The notes under the pieces: model-generated
The model's database searches: none
Told to the model about the DNA's origin: nothing
What the model saw: only the letters and a program-made list of their open reading frames with translations
Origin: Candidatus Limnocylindrales bacterium
Lineage (GTDB): Bacteria > Chloroflexota > Limnocylindria > Limnocylindrales > CSP1-4
DNA: 56,844 nt
Direction: 5' to 3'
Assembly (NCBI GenBank): GCA_036561685.1
Contig: DATBOX010000141.1
Location: 1 to 56,844 of the forward strand
Made by a program: the position numbers and the translations under genes
Part shown: positions 46,940-55,158 of the stretch, one piece after another
Numbering within the stretch: position 1 is the stretch's first letter
Layout: each line of letters begins with the position of its first letter

Positions 46940-47929
46940 CTAGGTGAGCGGCTGGGCGAGGGCTGTGGCGGTCGGGTCGGGGAGGAGCGCCTCGGGCGCG
47001 AGGCCCTGGGGCGCGCTCGGGTCGTCAAGGGCGATGGTCGCGGCATCGGGGGCGATGCGGCGGATGAGGCCGCTCAGGACCTTGCCGGGGCCGACCTCGA
47101 TGAAGGCGGTCACGCCCGCGGCGGCCATCGTGCCAACGGCGGCCACCCAGTCGACGCCGGTCGTGAGGTGCTCGACGAGTTCACCGCGGCACGCCTCGCC
47201 GCTGGTCAGGGCACGGGCGTCGGCGTTCGCCAGCAGTGGCGTGCGCGGGTCGGCGAAGGGGACGGGCGCCAGGGCGAGCTGCATCGCGGCGGCGGCCGGC
47301 GCCATGAGGGGGCTGTGGGCGGCGACGCTGACGGGCAGCAGGATGGCCCGTCGGGCGCCCAGCCCGCGTGCCGCCTCCACCGCCGCCTCGACGGCCGGCC
47401 GCTGGCCGCTGACGACGACCTGGCCGGGGGAGTTGCGGTTGGCCACGCCGAAGACGCCGTGGGCCTGGCCGGCCCGCACCAGCTCGGGCAGCCGCGCGTC
47501 GTCGAGCCCGATGATGGCGGCCATGGCTCCGTCACCGCCGGCGGCCTGCATCTGCCGTCCGCGCTCGCGCACGAGGCGAAGCCCCGCCTCGAGGTCGATG
47601 ACGCCGGCCGCCACGAGCGCCGAGTACTGGCCCATCGAGTGGCCGGCATGGAACTCGGGCACGAGCGAAGGCACGCCGGCCGCCGCGCGGGCCGCTTCGA
47701 GGGCCCGCAGGAAGGCGATCGAGGCCGCAAGCAGGGCCGGCTGGGCGTTGACCGTCAGGTCCAGCTCCTCGGCCGGGCCGTCCCAGGCGAGGCGAGTGAG
47801 GGGCTCGGCGAGCGTGGCGTCGGCGGTCGCGAAGGCCTGCGCCGCAGACGGGAAGGCATCGGCCACGCGATGCGCCATGCCCACGCTCTGCGAGCCCTGC
47901 CCCGGGTAGACGAAGGCGACGCCGCTCAC
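46940..47929 (-). CDS. fabD: ACP S-malonyltransferase
   Basis: FVYPGQGSQ and GHSMGQYSAL motifs. GTG 47929 is the probable start. Confidence 0.88.
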   Translation of the reverse strand: MSGVAFVYPGQGSQSVGMAHRVADAFPSAAQAFATADATLAEPLTRLAWDGPAEELDLTVNAQPALLAASIAFLRALEAARAAAGVPSLVPEFHAGHSMGQYSALVAAGVIDLEAGLRLVRERGRQMQAAGGDGAMAAIIGLDDARLPELVRAGQAHGVFGVANRNSPGQVVVSGQRPAVEAAVEAARGLGARRAILLPVSVAAHSPLMAPAAAAMQLALAPVPFADPRTPLLANADARALTSGEACRGELVEHLTTGVDWVAAVGTMAAAGVTAFIEVGPGKVLSGLIRRIAPDAATIALDDPSAPQGLAPEALLPDPTATALAQPLT

Positions 47930-48039
47930 GTGCGGACCACGGGCGCGTACATCGCCCCAGTTGTAGCAGGCCCGGGCGGCCGGTGCCGCATATCGTGTGC
48001 AAGGTTGCACAGGTCGCCCTGCCCCGCTACGCTCGCGCC

Positions 48040-48525
48040 ATGGTCGACGCCCCGCCCCCGCAGAACCCGCGCCAGCTCTCCGACGCCATCGCCATGGGCA
48101 AGGCGCTGTGGCGGGACCTGGTCATCGGGTTCGCCGGCCAGCTCGGCACGCTGGGTCTGGGCTTCACCCAGCTGGCGGCGCTCTACGCCATCGCCGGCAG
48201 TGCGTCGCTGACCGTGGGGGACCTGGCGGAGCTGCTCGGCCGCTCGCCCTCCGCGGCGAGCCGCGTCGTGGCCTCGCTGCGCACGCGGGGCCTCGCCCAG
48301 GGGCTGGAGGAGGTCGCCGATCGCCGTCAGCGGGTCCTTCGCCTGACGGCCAAGGGGGCCGCGCTCGTGGCCGCCATCGACCGCTCGCGGGCGGACCAGT
48401 TCCTGGCCGTGGTGCGGCCCCTGCCGCTTGACGACCGGGCGCTGGTGGCGATGGCCGTGGCGGTGCTGGCGGACCGGGCCATGACGCCGCGGGGCCGGCT
48501 GATCAAGGCGCCGCCGAGCGGCTGA
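48040..48525 (+). CDS. MarR-family transcriptional regulator
   Basis: LTVGDLAELLGRSPSAASRVVASLRTRGL...DRRQRVLRLTAKG winged helix. Divergent from the fab operon. Confidence 0.82.
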   Translation: MVDAPPPQNPRQLSDAIAMGKALWRDLVIGFAGQLGTLGLGFTQLAALYAIAGSASLTVGDLAELLGRSPSAASRVVASLRTRGLAQGLEEVADRRQRVLRLTAKGAALVAAIDRSRADQFLAVVRPLPLDDRALVAMAVAVLADRAMTPRGRLIKAPPSG

Positions 48526-48526
48526 C

Positions 48527-48547
48527 GCGGTCCGCGGTCCGCGGTCC
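48527..48547. repeat. Perfect heptamer tandem repeat (GCGGTCC)x3 in a 28-nt convergent gap
   Basis: Units at 48527-48533, 48534-48540 and 48541-48547. Contains overlapping CCGCGG palindromes. Confidence 0.85.
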
Positions 48548-48553
48548 GCCGCC

Positions 48554-48901
48554 TCAGATCGTGGCGAGGTTGCTCATCGCCCCGACGACCCCGACGAAGA
48601 TGCCGAAGGCGAGGACCGCCCAGGCGAGGCGCGGGCGGTCGCGCACCAGCACCGCCACGATCGCCGCCACGAGGGCCCAGACGGTGAGCTTCGCGACGAG
48701 GGCGTAGAAGAGGCCGTGCGCCTGCAGCGACACGGCCAGGGGGTTGAGCTCGGCCGCGGCGCCGTGGGCCGCCAGCATCGTCCGATAGGTCAGGAAGTCG
48801 GTGAGCTGGGCGATGCCGAGCAACGTCAGCCCGAACGGCGTCAGGAGCAGGCTGCCCCGTTTGGCGGCCGATCGGGTGGACTGGATCACCTCCGCGGACA
48901 C
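48554..48901 (-). CDS. Small membrane protein, DUF5658-like
   Basis: 115 aa with 3-4 TM helices and an AAELNPLA motif. Confidence 0.55.
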   Translation of the reverse strand: MSAEVIQSTRSAAKRGSLLLTPFGLTLLGIAQLTDFLTYRTMLAAHGAAAELNPLAVSLQAHGLFYALVAKLTVWALVAAIVAVLVRDRPRLAWAVLAFGIFVGVVGAMSNLATI

Positions 48902-49058
48902 CCCCGCACCCTACACCCGCCGTCGGGTGGCTGCAGGGCGGACCCTGCCGAGGCGGGGTACACTGGCTGCACGTCCGACCCCACCGTCAGGCGCGCAGCG
49001 TCACCAGGCGCCGCGACAATCGGTCGATGCCAGCCCTCGCCACGGGCGCATCCCCTCG

Positions 49059-50285
49059 GTGCGGACGAGATCGCGAGGCACCGCGGTTCCGCCCGTCCGG
49101 CAACCTCGGAGGTCCGTCATCCGAACCGCGTTCGTCGCCACCTACCCGCCGCGTCGCTGCGGCATCGCCACCTTCACCCACGACCTCGCGTCGGTCGTTG
49201 GCGGGGGCGAGGTAGTCGTCCTGGACCCGCCCGATCACCGCGGACCGTACCCTCCCGAGGTCCACCACCGCATCCGCCGGGACGAGCCGTCGGATTACGC
49301 GCGCGCGGCCAACACCCTGCGGCACTGCCGCATCGACGTGGTGTCCGTCCAGCACGAGTTCGGGATCTGGGGCGGCGACGACGGCGCGGCCGTGCTCGAC
49401 TTCGTCGGCGCGCTTGAGGCCCCGAGCGTCGTCACCCTGCATACGGTCCTGCGTCACCCCACCCGGAACCAGCGGCGCATCATCGTCGAGCTGGTCGGGG
49501 CCTCCACGGCGACGGTGGTCATGTCGCGCAGCGCCGCGGTCCTCCTGGCCAACGTGTACGGCATCGATCCATCCCGGGTGGTGGTCATCCCTCACGGCGT
49601 GCCGAACCTGCCGCTGGTGGATCCCGAGACGATGAAGCCGGCCTTGGAGCTGGCGGGCCGATCGGTCATCCTCAGCTTCGGCCTGCTGGGGCAGGGCAAA
49701 GGCTACGAAACCGTGCTCGAAGCCTTGCCGGCCGTCGTGGCGGCCGTGCCCGACGTCTCGTACGTGGTCCTCGGGGCGACCCACCCCAACCTCCTGCGGA
49801 CCGAGGGTGAAGCCTATCGACGCTCCCTCGAGGAGCGGGTCGGACGGCTCGGCCTGACCGACCACGTGCGGTTCGAAGACCGTTTCGTGGGCCGCGTGGA
49901 GCTCGGCCGCTGGCTCGAAGCGGCCGACATCTTCGTCACCGCGTACCCCAACCTGGAGCAGATCGCTTCCGGCACGCTGGCATACGCGCTGGGGGCAGGC
50001 AGGGCGATCGTCTCCACCCCGTATGCCTATGCCCGCGAACTGCTGGCCGACGGTCGTGGCCTGCTGGTGGCGCCGGGCTCGCCGGCCGCCCTCGCCGAGG
50101 CCTTCATCGGCCTGTTTCGCGACCCGCGACGCCGGGCACGCCTGGGTCGCCGGGCGTATGAGCACGGCCGGGTGATGATCTGGTCGGAGGTTGGGGCGAC
50201 GTACCGGACACTGTTCGCGCGGGTCGCTGCGGGGCCGGTCAGGCGTCCAGCACCCGCGACCGCGCTCGCGACGATCCGTGTCTGA
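49059..50285 (+). CDS. GT4-family (group 1) glycosyltransferase
   Basis: IRTAFVATYPPRRCGIATFTHDL N-terminus and a typical GT-B C-terminal half. The start is unresolved: GTG 49059 is the nearest canonical codon, while GGAGG at 49107 lies 7 nt before an ATC. Confidence 0.78.
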   Translation: MRTRSRGTAVPPVRQPRRSVIRTAFVATYPPRRCGIATFTHDLASVVGGGEVVVLDPPDHRGPYPPEVHHRIRRDEPSDYARAANTLRHCRIDVVSVQHEFGIWGGDDGAAVLDFVGALEAPSVVTLHTVLRHPTRNQRRIIVELVGASTATVVMSRSAAVLLANVYGIDPSRVVVIPHGVPNLPLVDPETMKPALELAGRSVILSFGLLGQGKGYETVLEALPAVVAAVPDVSYVVLGATHPNLLRTEGEAYRRSLEERVGRLGLTDHVRFEDRFVGRVELGRWLEAADIFVTAYPNLEQIASGTLAYALGAGRAIVSTPYAYARELLADGRGLLVAPGSPAALAEAFIGLFRDPRRRARLGRRAYEHGRVMIWSEVGATYRTLFARVAAGPVRRPAPATALATIRV

Positions 50286-51378
50286 TCCGGCCCCCCTCTT
50301 CCCGGTCGTCCGCAGCCACCTCGAGGCGCTCTCCGACGACATCGGGATCATGCAGCACGCCGTGGGTGCGCAGCCGGATCCGCGCCATGGCTACTGCACC
50401 GACGACGTGGCGCGCGCCCTGTCGGTGGACGTGCTCCACGCGGCGGAGCTCGGCTGGACGGCCGTGGCGCCCAGCGTGGCCCGTGCCCTTCGCTTCCTCC
50501 GCGCGGCCGTCGACCCGGCGACGGGACGGTTCCGGAACCTGCGGGCCGCGGATGGGACCTGGCTCCCGGGCATGGGCTCGGAGGACGCCCACGCACGGGC
50601 GTTGCGAGCCCTGGCGGAGCTGGCGGCGGCCACCCCGGACGCCGGGCTCCGAGCGGAGGCACTGACCCTGTTCGAGTGGGCCCTGCCGCCGGCGGTGTCC
50701 CTGTCGGCCTCGCGCCCCCGAGCGGCGGCCCTCGTGGCGTGTGTCATCGCGACGCGGACGGGGCGCCCGAGCGATGCCGCTTCGGCCGCCTTGCGGAGCC
50801 TCGCCGGCGCCCTCTGGGCGACCGTCGGGCCGGCCGGCCAGGACTCATCGTGGCCATGGCCCGAGCCGGTCGCCACGTACGAGAACGGCCTCCTGCCGGA
50901 AGCCCTCCTGCTGGCCGGCCAAAGCACGGATGACGTCATGATGGTCGAGCGCGGACGTCAGCTCCTGGATTGGCTCATCGACATCCAGACCTCGCCGGCC
51001 GGGCACCTGTCGCCCATCGGCAATGACGGCTGGTGGCCGCGCGGCGGCCGGCGCGCCCGCTTCGACCAGCAGCCGATCGAGGCGACCGCGCTGCTCCTGG
51101 CGGCGCAGGCGGGCCGCGAGATCATCGGTGACGAGCGCTATGAGGCGACCATGGAGCGATGCTACGGTTGGTTCCTGGGGGCCAACGACGGCCACGTCGC
51201 GGTGGCCATCCCCGAACGGGGCGCCTGTCACGACGGCCTGACGCCGACGGGCGTCAACAGCAACCAGGGGGCGGAGTCGACCCTCATGTGGCTGATCGCC
51301 CTGGAAGGCATCCGGCGCGTGCGGATGGGGCGCGCGATAGGCATCCGCGCGGTCGAACTCGTCGGGGGGACCTCGTGA
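50278..51378 (+). CDS. Hypothetical protein, possibly an (alpha/alpha)6-barrel glycosidase-like fold
   Basis: 366 aa. GTG 50278 overlaps the GT4 end by 8 nt, with a GTGA overlap to the GH130 gene. The helical-repeat pattern is inferred by eye only. Confidence 0.55.
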   Translation: MSDPAPLFPVVRSHLEALSDDIGIMQHAVGAQPDPRHGYCTDDVARALSVDVLHAAELGWTAVAPSVARALRFLRAAVDPATGRFRNLRAADGTWLPGMGSEDAHARALRALAELAAATPDAGLRAEALTLFEWALPPAVSLSASRPRAAALVACVIATRTGRPSDAASAALRSLAGALWATVGPAGQDSSWPWPEPVATYENGLLPEALLLAGQSTDDVMMVERGRQLLDWLIDIQTSPAGHLSPIGNDGWWPRGGRRARFDQQPIEATALLLAAQAGREIIGDERYEATMERCYGWFLGANDGHVAVAIPERGACHDGLTPTGVNSNQGAESTLMWLIALEGIRRVRMGRAIGIRAVELVGGTS

Positions 51379-52352
51379 GGGCCCACGACGGCGATGGCCT
51401 GTTCGAACGGCACGCGAGCAATCCGATCCTCACCGCGGACGACCTGCCCTATCCGGCCAACGCCGTGTTCAACCCGGGCGTCGCCCAGGTCGGGGACGAG
51501 ACGCTGTTGCTGGTACGGGTCGAGGACCGCCGCGGGATCTCTCATCTCCACGTCGCTCGCAGCCTGGACGGCGTGACCGACTGGCGGTTCGACCCGACGC
51601 CGCTGCTCGAGCCGGACCCGAAGACACATCCCGAGGAGATCTGGGGCTGCGAGGACCCCCGGCTCACGTGGCTCCCGGAACGCGGTGAGTGGGCTATCTG
51701 CTACACGGCCTACAGCCGCCGCGGGCCACTGGTCTCGCTGGCCACGACGGTCGATTTCCGGACCGTTCAACGGCTTGGCGCGGTCATGCCGCCGGAAGAC
51801 AAGGACGCGGCCCTGTTCCCGTGCCGGATCGCGGGCCGTTGGGTCATGATCCACCGCCCATCGCCCCTCCGCGGCGGCGCCCACATGTGGGTGTCCTACT
51901 CCCCCGATCTGCGCCACTGGGGCGACCACAGCTTGCTCCTGGAGGCCCGCGACGGCGCGTGGTGGGACGCCGGCAAGATCGGCCTGGGACCGCCTCCGGC
52001 GGAAACGGCGGCCGGCTGGCTGGTGATGTACCACGGCGCGCACCTCACGGCAGCCGGGCCGATCTACAGGCTCGGCCTCGCGCTTCTCGACCTGGAAGAC
52101 CCGACGGTCGTGCTCAACCGCAGCGACGAGTGGATCTTTGGTCCGCGCGAACTGTTCGAGCGCGCCGGCGATGTATCCGATGTCGTCTTCCCGTGCGGCT
52201 GGATCGTCGATGAAGCCGCCGATTCGATCACCCTGTACTACGGCGCGGCCGATACGCGCATCGGCGTCGCGACCGCTGGTCTTGGCGCGGTGCTGGATCA
52301 CATCCGGGCGTGCCCCCGGCCGGAGAGAAGACGGCGGGACGACCTGATCTGA
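51375..52352 (+). CDS. GH130-family (DUF377) glycoside phosphorylase/hydrolase
   Basis: NPILTADDLPYPANAVFNPGV...LLLVRVEDRRGISHLHVARSLDG...CEDPRLTW beta-propeller motifs. Confidence 0.82.
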   Translation: MRAHDGDGLFERHASNPILTADDLPYPANAVFNPGVAQVGDETLLLVRVEDRRGISHLHVARSLDGVTDWRFDPTPLLEPDPKTHPEEIWGCEDPRLTWLPERGEWAICYTAYSRRGPLVSLATTVDFRTVQRLGAVMPPEDKDAALFPCRIAGRWVMIHRPSPLRGGAHMWVSYSPDLRHWGDHSLLLEARDGAWWDAGKIGLGPPPAETAAGWLVMYHGAHLTAAGPIYRLGLALLDLEDPTVVLNRSDEWIFGPRELFERAGDVSDVVFPCGWIVDEAADSITLYYGAADTRIGVATAGLGAVLDHIRACPRPERRRRDDLI

Positions 52353-52372
52353 TCGGCCCCGCGGCACTCGTT

Positions 52373-53782
52373 TCACCCGCAGTAGCGTCGCACCGCGTAG
52401 GCCAGGACGGGATAGCCCCAGCGCAGCGCGTCGACGGCGACCCGCTCGTCGTCGCCGTGGAAGCGCTCCAGGAAGGGCTCGTCGGGGTCCAGGCGCAGGG
52501 GCGAGAAGCCGTACGTCGGGACGCCCAGGCGGACGGTGTGCTTGGCGTCCGTGGCGAAGGGGGCCAGGAGGGGCACCGGCACGGCGGCGGGGTCGTGGGC
52601 GCGGAGCACCTCGCCAAGGAGGGCCAGCAGCGGATGGTCGAGCGGCTGTTCGACCGGTTCCCCGTGGCTCAGGACCTGCGTGGAGCAGTGCCGCCACAGG
52701 TCGGGCTCCACCTGGGCCGCCACGAGGGCCTCCACCTGGGCCGCCGTGGTGCCCGGCAGCTGGCGGCAGTCCACCACGACCTCCGCGGTGCCGGGCAGAA
52801 CGTTCTCCTTGACCCCGGCGTGGATGATCGTGGGGCTGATCGTGTCGCGCAGCAGAGCCTTGAGGGCACGCCGCTCAGGCTCGCGACACAGGTCGTCGAT
52901 GGCGGCGAGACCGGCCGTCGTATCGGCCGCCTCGAGGATCCGCGCGACCAGGGCAGCCGTCGAAGGGACGGCCCCCGCGACCTGCTCGAGGGCGCGCCGC
53001 ATGAGCGGCGTGATCCGCTGGGGAGTCGGCACGGCCAGCTGCTCGACGAGGCGCGCGGCGCGGATGGCGGCGCTGTCCGCCCGGGGCATGGCCGCGTGGC
53101 CGGCCGCGCCGCGCACGGTGATCCTCAGGCGGTGGTACCCCTTCTCGGCGACCTGGATGGGATAGAGCCGCCGCGCGCCCACCTGGACGCTCACCCCGCC
53201 GGCCTCGGTGAGGCACGCATCGGCGCGCAGCAGGTCCGGCTCGTGGTCGACCAGCCAGCCGGCGCCCAGGATGCCGCCCGCTTCCTCGTCGGCCGTCGCG
53301 GCGAAGATCAGGTCGCGCCGCAGGCCCGGGATGGCATGCCGGGCCGGGTCCAGGCCGGCCGCGGCCGCCTCGGCGGCGAGATCCAGCACGATCTGCAGCG
53401 ACATGGCGACCATGCTTTTCATATCCACTGCGCCGCGGCCGTAGAGGTAGCCACCGTCGAGCTCCCCGCCGAACGGGTCGTGCGTCCAACGCTCGGCATC
53501 GGCCGGCACGACGTCCAGGTGGCCCAGCAGGAGGAGGGGACCGCCGCCGGTGCCGTCGCCGCGCAGCCGGGCGACGACGTCGCCGCGCCCGGGGAACGGC
53601 TCCAGGACGCGGGACGGGACACCCGCCGCGGCCAGGACAGCGGCCAGGTAGCGGGCGGCCACGATCTCGTCACCGGGTGGGTTGACGGTCCGGAGGCGGA
53701 GCAGCGCCTGGAGGTGGCCGACCAGGCTGGCGATCGTCTCGTCGGGGACCGGGACCCGGCCGGAGCTCATGACGCGGCCCAT
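52373..53782 (-). CDS. M20/M25/M40-family metallopeptidase
   Basis: LLLLGHLDVVP, GRGAVDMKS and ADEEAGG motifs. Confidence 0.85.
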   Translation of the reverse strand: MGRVMSSGRVPVPDETIASLVGHLQALLRLRTVNPPGDEIVAARYLAAVLAAAGVPSRVLEPFPGRGDVVARLRGDGTGGGPLLLLGHLDVVPADAERWTHDPFGGELDGGYLYGRGAVDMKSMVAMSLQIVLDLAAEAAAAGLDPARHAIPGLRRDLIFAATADEEAGGILGAGWLVDHEPDLLRADACLTEAGGVSVQVGARRLYPIQVAEKGYHRLRITVRGAAGHAAMPRADSAAIRAARLVEQLAVPTPQRITPLMRRALEQVAGAVPSTAALVARILEAADTTAGLAAIDDLCREPERRALKALLRDTISPTIIHAGVKENVLPGTAEVVVDCRQLPGTTAAQVEALVAAQVEPDLWRHCSTQVLSHGEPVEQPLDHPLLALLGEVLRAHDPAAVPVPLLAPFATDAKHTVRLGVPTYGFSPLRLDPDEPFLERFHGDDERVAVDALRWGYPVLAYAVRRYCG

Positions 53783-54249
53783 TCGGCGACGTGATCGACG
53801 GTCACCCGGATGAGCGGCCGGTCGGCCAGGTCGTGGGTGCGGTACTGGGGGTAGCGCGCCCGCAGGCCTGCCACGGCCAGTTCGTGCTCGGCGGCGTCGG
53901 CGGCACCCGGACGGACGGGCCCCAGGAGGCGCGCCGAGCCGTCCAGGCGCACCCAGGCCAGGCGCCGCCAGTCCTCGTCCCAGTGGTCGATCAGGAGCGA
54001 CACGGCCGGCCGGGCCAGGAGGTCGCGGACGCGGCCCAGCTGCATCGGGTCGGCCACCGTCTTGGGCTTCTCGTCAAGCGCCGAGTAGACGAGCAGCGGG
54101 CTGTCCGCCTCGTCAGGACCCGCGTGGAGGTCGGGCATCCAGAAGCAGATGGGCACGAGCCGTGCCCGCCCGTCGCGCGTGATCGTGGCCAGGACCGCCC
54201 GCCGCGCCGATCGGATCAGCTGGTGGCCGGAAGCGGTGAGGCCGCTCAT
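53767..54249 (-). CDS. PPOX-class F420-dependent oxidoreductase (TIGR03668-like)
   Basis: ARRAVLATI..DGRARLVPICF...LVYSALDEKPK...WRRLAWVRLDG pattern. Confidence 0.75.
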   Translation of the reverse strand: MSGLTASGHQLIRSARRAVLATITRDGRARLVPICFWMPDLHAGPDEADSPLLVYSALDEKPKTVADPMQLGRVRDLLARPAVSLLIDHWDEDWRRLAWVRLDGSARLLGPVRPGAADAAEHELAVAGLRARYPQYRTHDLADRPLIRVTVDHVAEWAAS

Positions 54250-55136
54250 CCGAGCTCGTCGCGCAGGGGCTCGGCGACGTCACGGGCGAGCCGCTCGAGG
54301 GCTGCCCGGCCGCCTGCCGCTGGCATGCCCAGGATGATATCGGTGGCGCCCGCGCCGGCCATGTCGCGGGCCTGCCGGAGGGCCACCCCCGCATCGGTGC
54401 GCGAGGGGCCGACGTGCACCTGGCCGACGAAGGCGAAGCCGGCCGGATCGCGGCCGATGGCCTCCATCGCTCGCAGCACCTCCGATCGACGAGCGGCGAA
54501 GTACGCCGCGTCGCCCGCGTCGGTGCCCGGCTGCAGCCAGCCCGCTGCCGCCCGCGCCGCCAGCGCGATGCCCCGGCGACGCTGCCCGCCGAGGTAGAGC
54601 GGGGGGCCGCCGCGGGTCAGGGGGGCCGGCAGGTCGATGGCCTCGTGCAGCGGGTAGTAGGGATCGGGGCGGCTGATGCCCGGCGGCACGCCGGCGGCGG
54701 CCGAGAAGAGCGCCTGGAGCACGTCGACGGCGCTCTCCAGGCGGTCGATCCGCTCGCCGATGGGCGGCAGGGGGATGCCGAAGGCGGCATGTTCGCCCTC
54801 GTGCCAGCCGGCGCCGAGGCCCAGGATGAAATGGCCGCTCGTGGCGTGGTCCATGACCGTGGCCGCCTTGGCCAGGACGGCCGGGTGGCGGAAGGTGTTG
54901 GACAGGACGGCATGGCCGATCCACTTGCCGGGCACGAGATGGGCGAGCGTGGCGGCGAGGGTGAGCGCCTCCAGGCTCGGCCCGGGCGGCTGGGCCATGT
55001 CGGTCAGGTGGTCGTTCATCCATACGCCCTCGAAGACGGCCAGCCGGCCGCCGAGGGCCCAGGTGTCGCGCAGCGTCGCCCAGTCGACATCCTGGGGCGA
55101 TGTCTTGAAGCTCAGGCGGACGTGGCCCTTCACCAC
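54246..55136 (-). CDS. LLM-class (luciferase-like) F420-dependent oxidoreductase
   Basis: 296 aa with a TIM-barrel LLM pattern (GVWMNDHL...LGLGAGWHEGEHAAFG). Confidence 0.8.
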   Translation of the reverse strand: MVKGHVRLSFKTSPQDVDWATLRDTWALGGRLAVFEGVWMNDHLTDMAQPPGPSLEALTLAATLAHLVPGKWIGHAVLSNTFRHPAVLAKAATVMDHATSGHFILGLGAGWHEGEHAAFGIPLPPIGERIDRLESAVDVLQALFSAAAGVPPGISRPDPYYPLHEAIDLPAPLTRGGPPLYLGGQRRRGIALAARAAAGWLQPGTDAGDAAYFAARRSEVLRAMEAIGRDPAGFAFVGQVHVGPSRTDAGVALRQARDMAGAGATDIILGMPAAGGRAALERLARDVAEPLRDELG

Positions 55137-55158
55137 GGGCCGGCCGCCGGCGATCGGC

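Noticed and set aside
48527-48547. Short tandem repeats (also 7448-7483, 21856-21907, 23137-23172) considered as a CRISPR array
   Set aside because: The units are 7-21 nt and directly adjacent with no spacers. Two of them are in-frame inside genes, and there are no cas genes.
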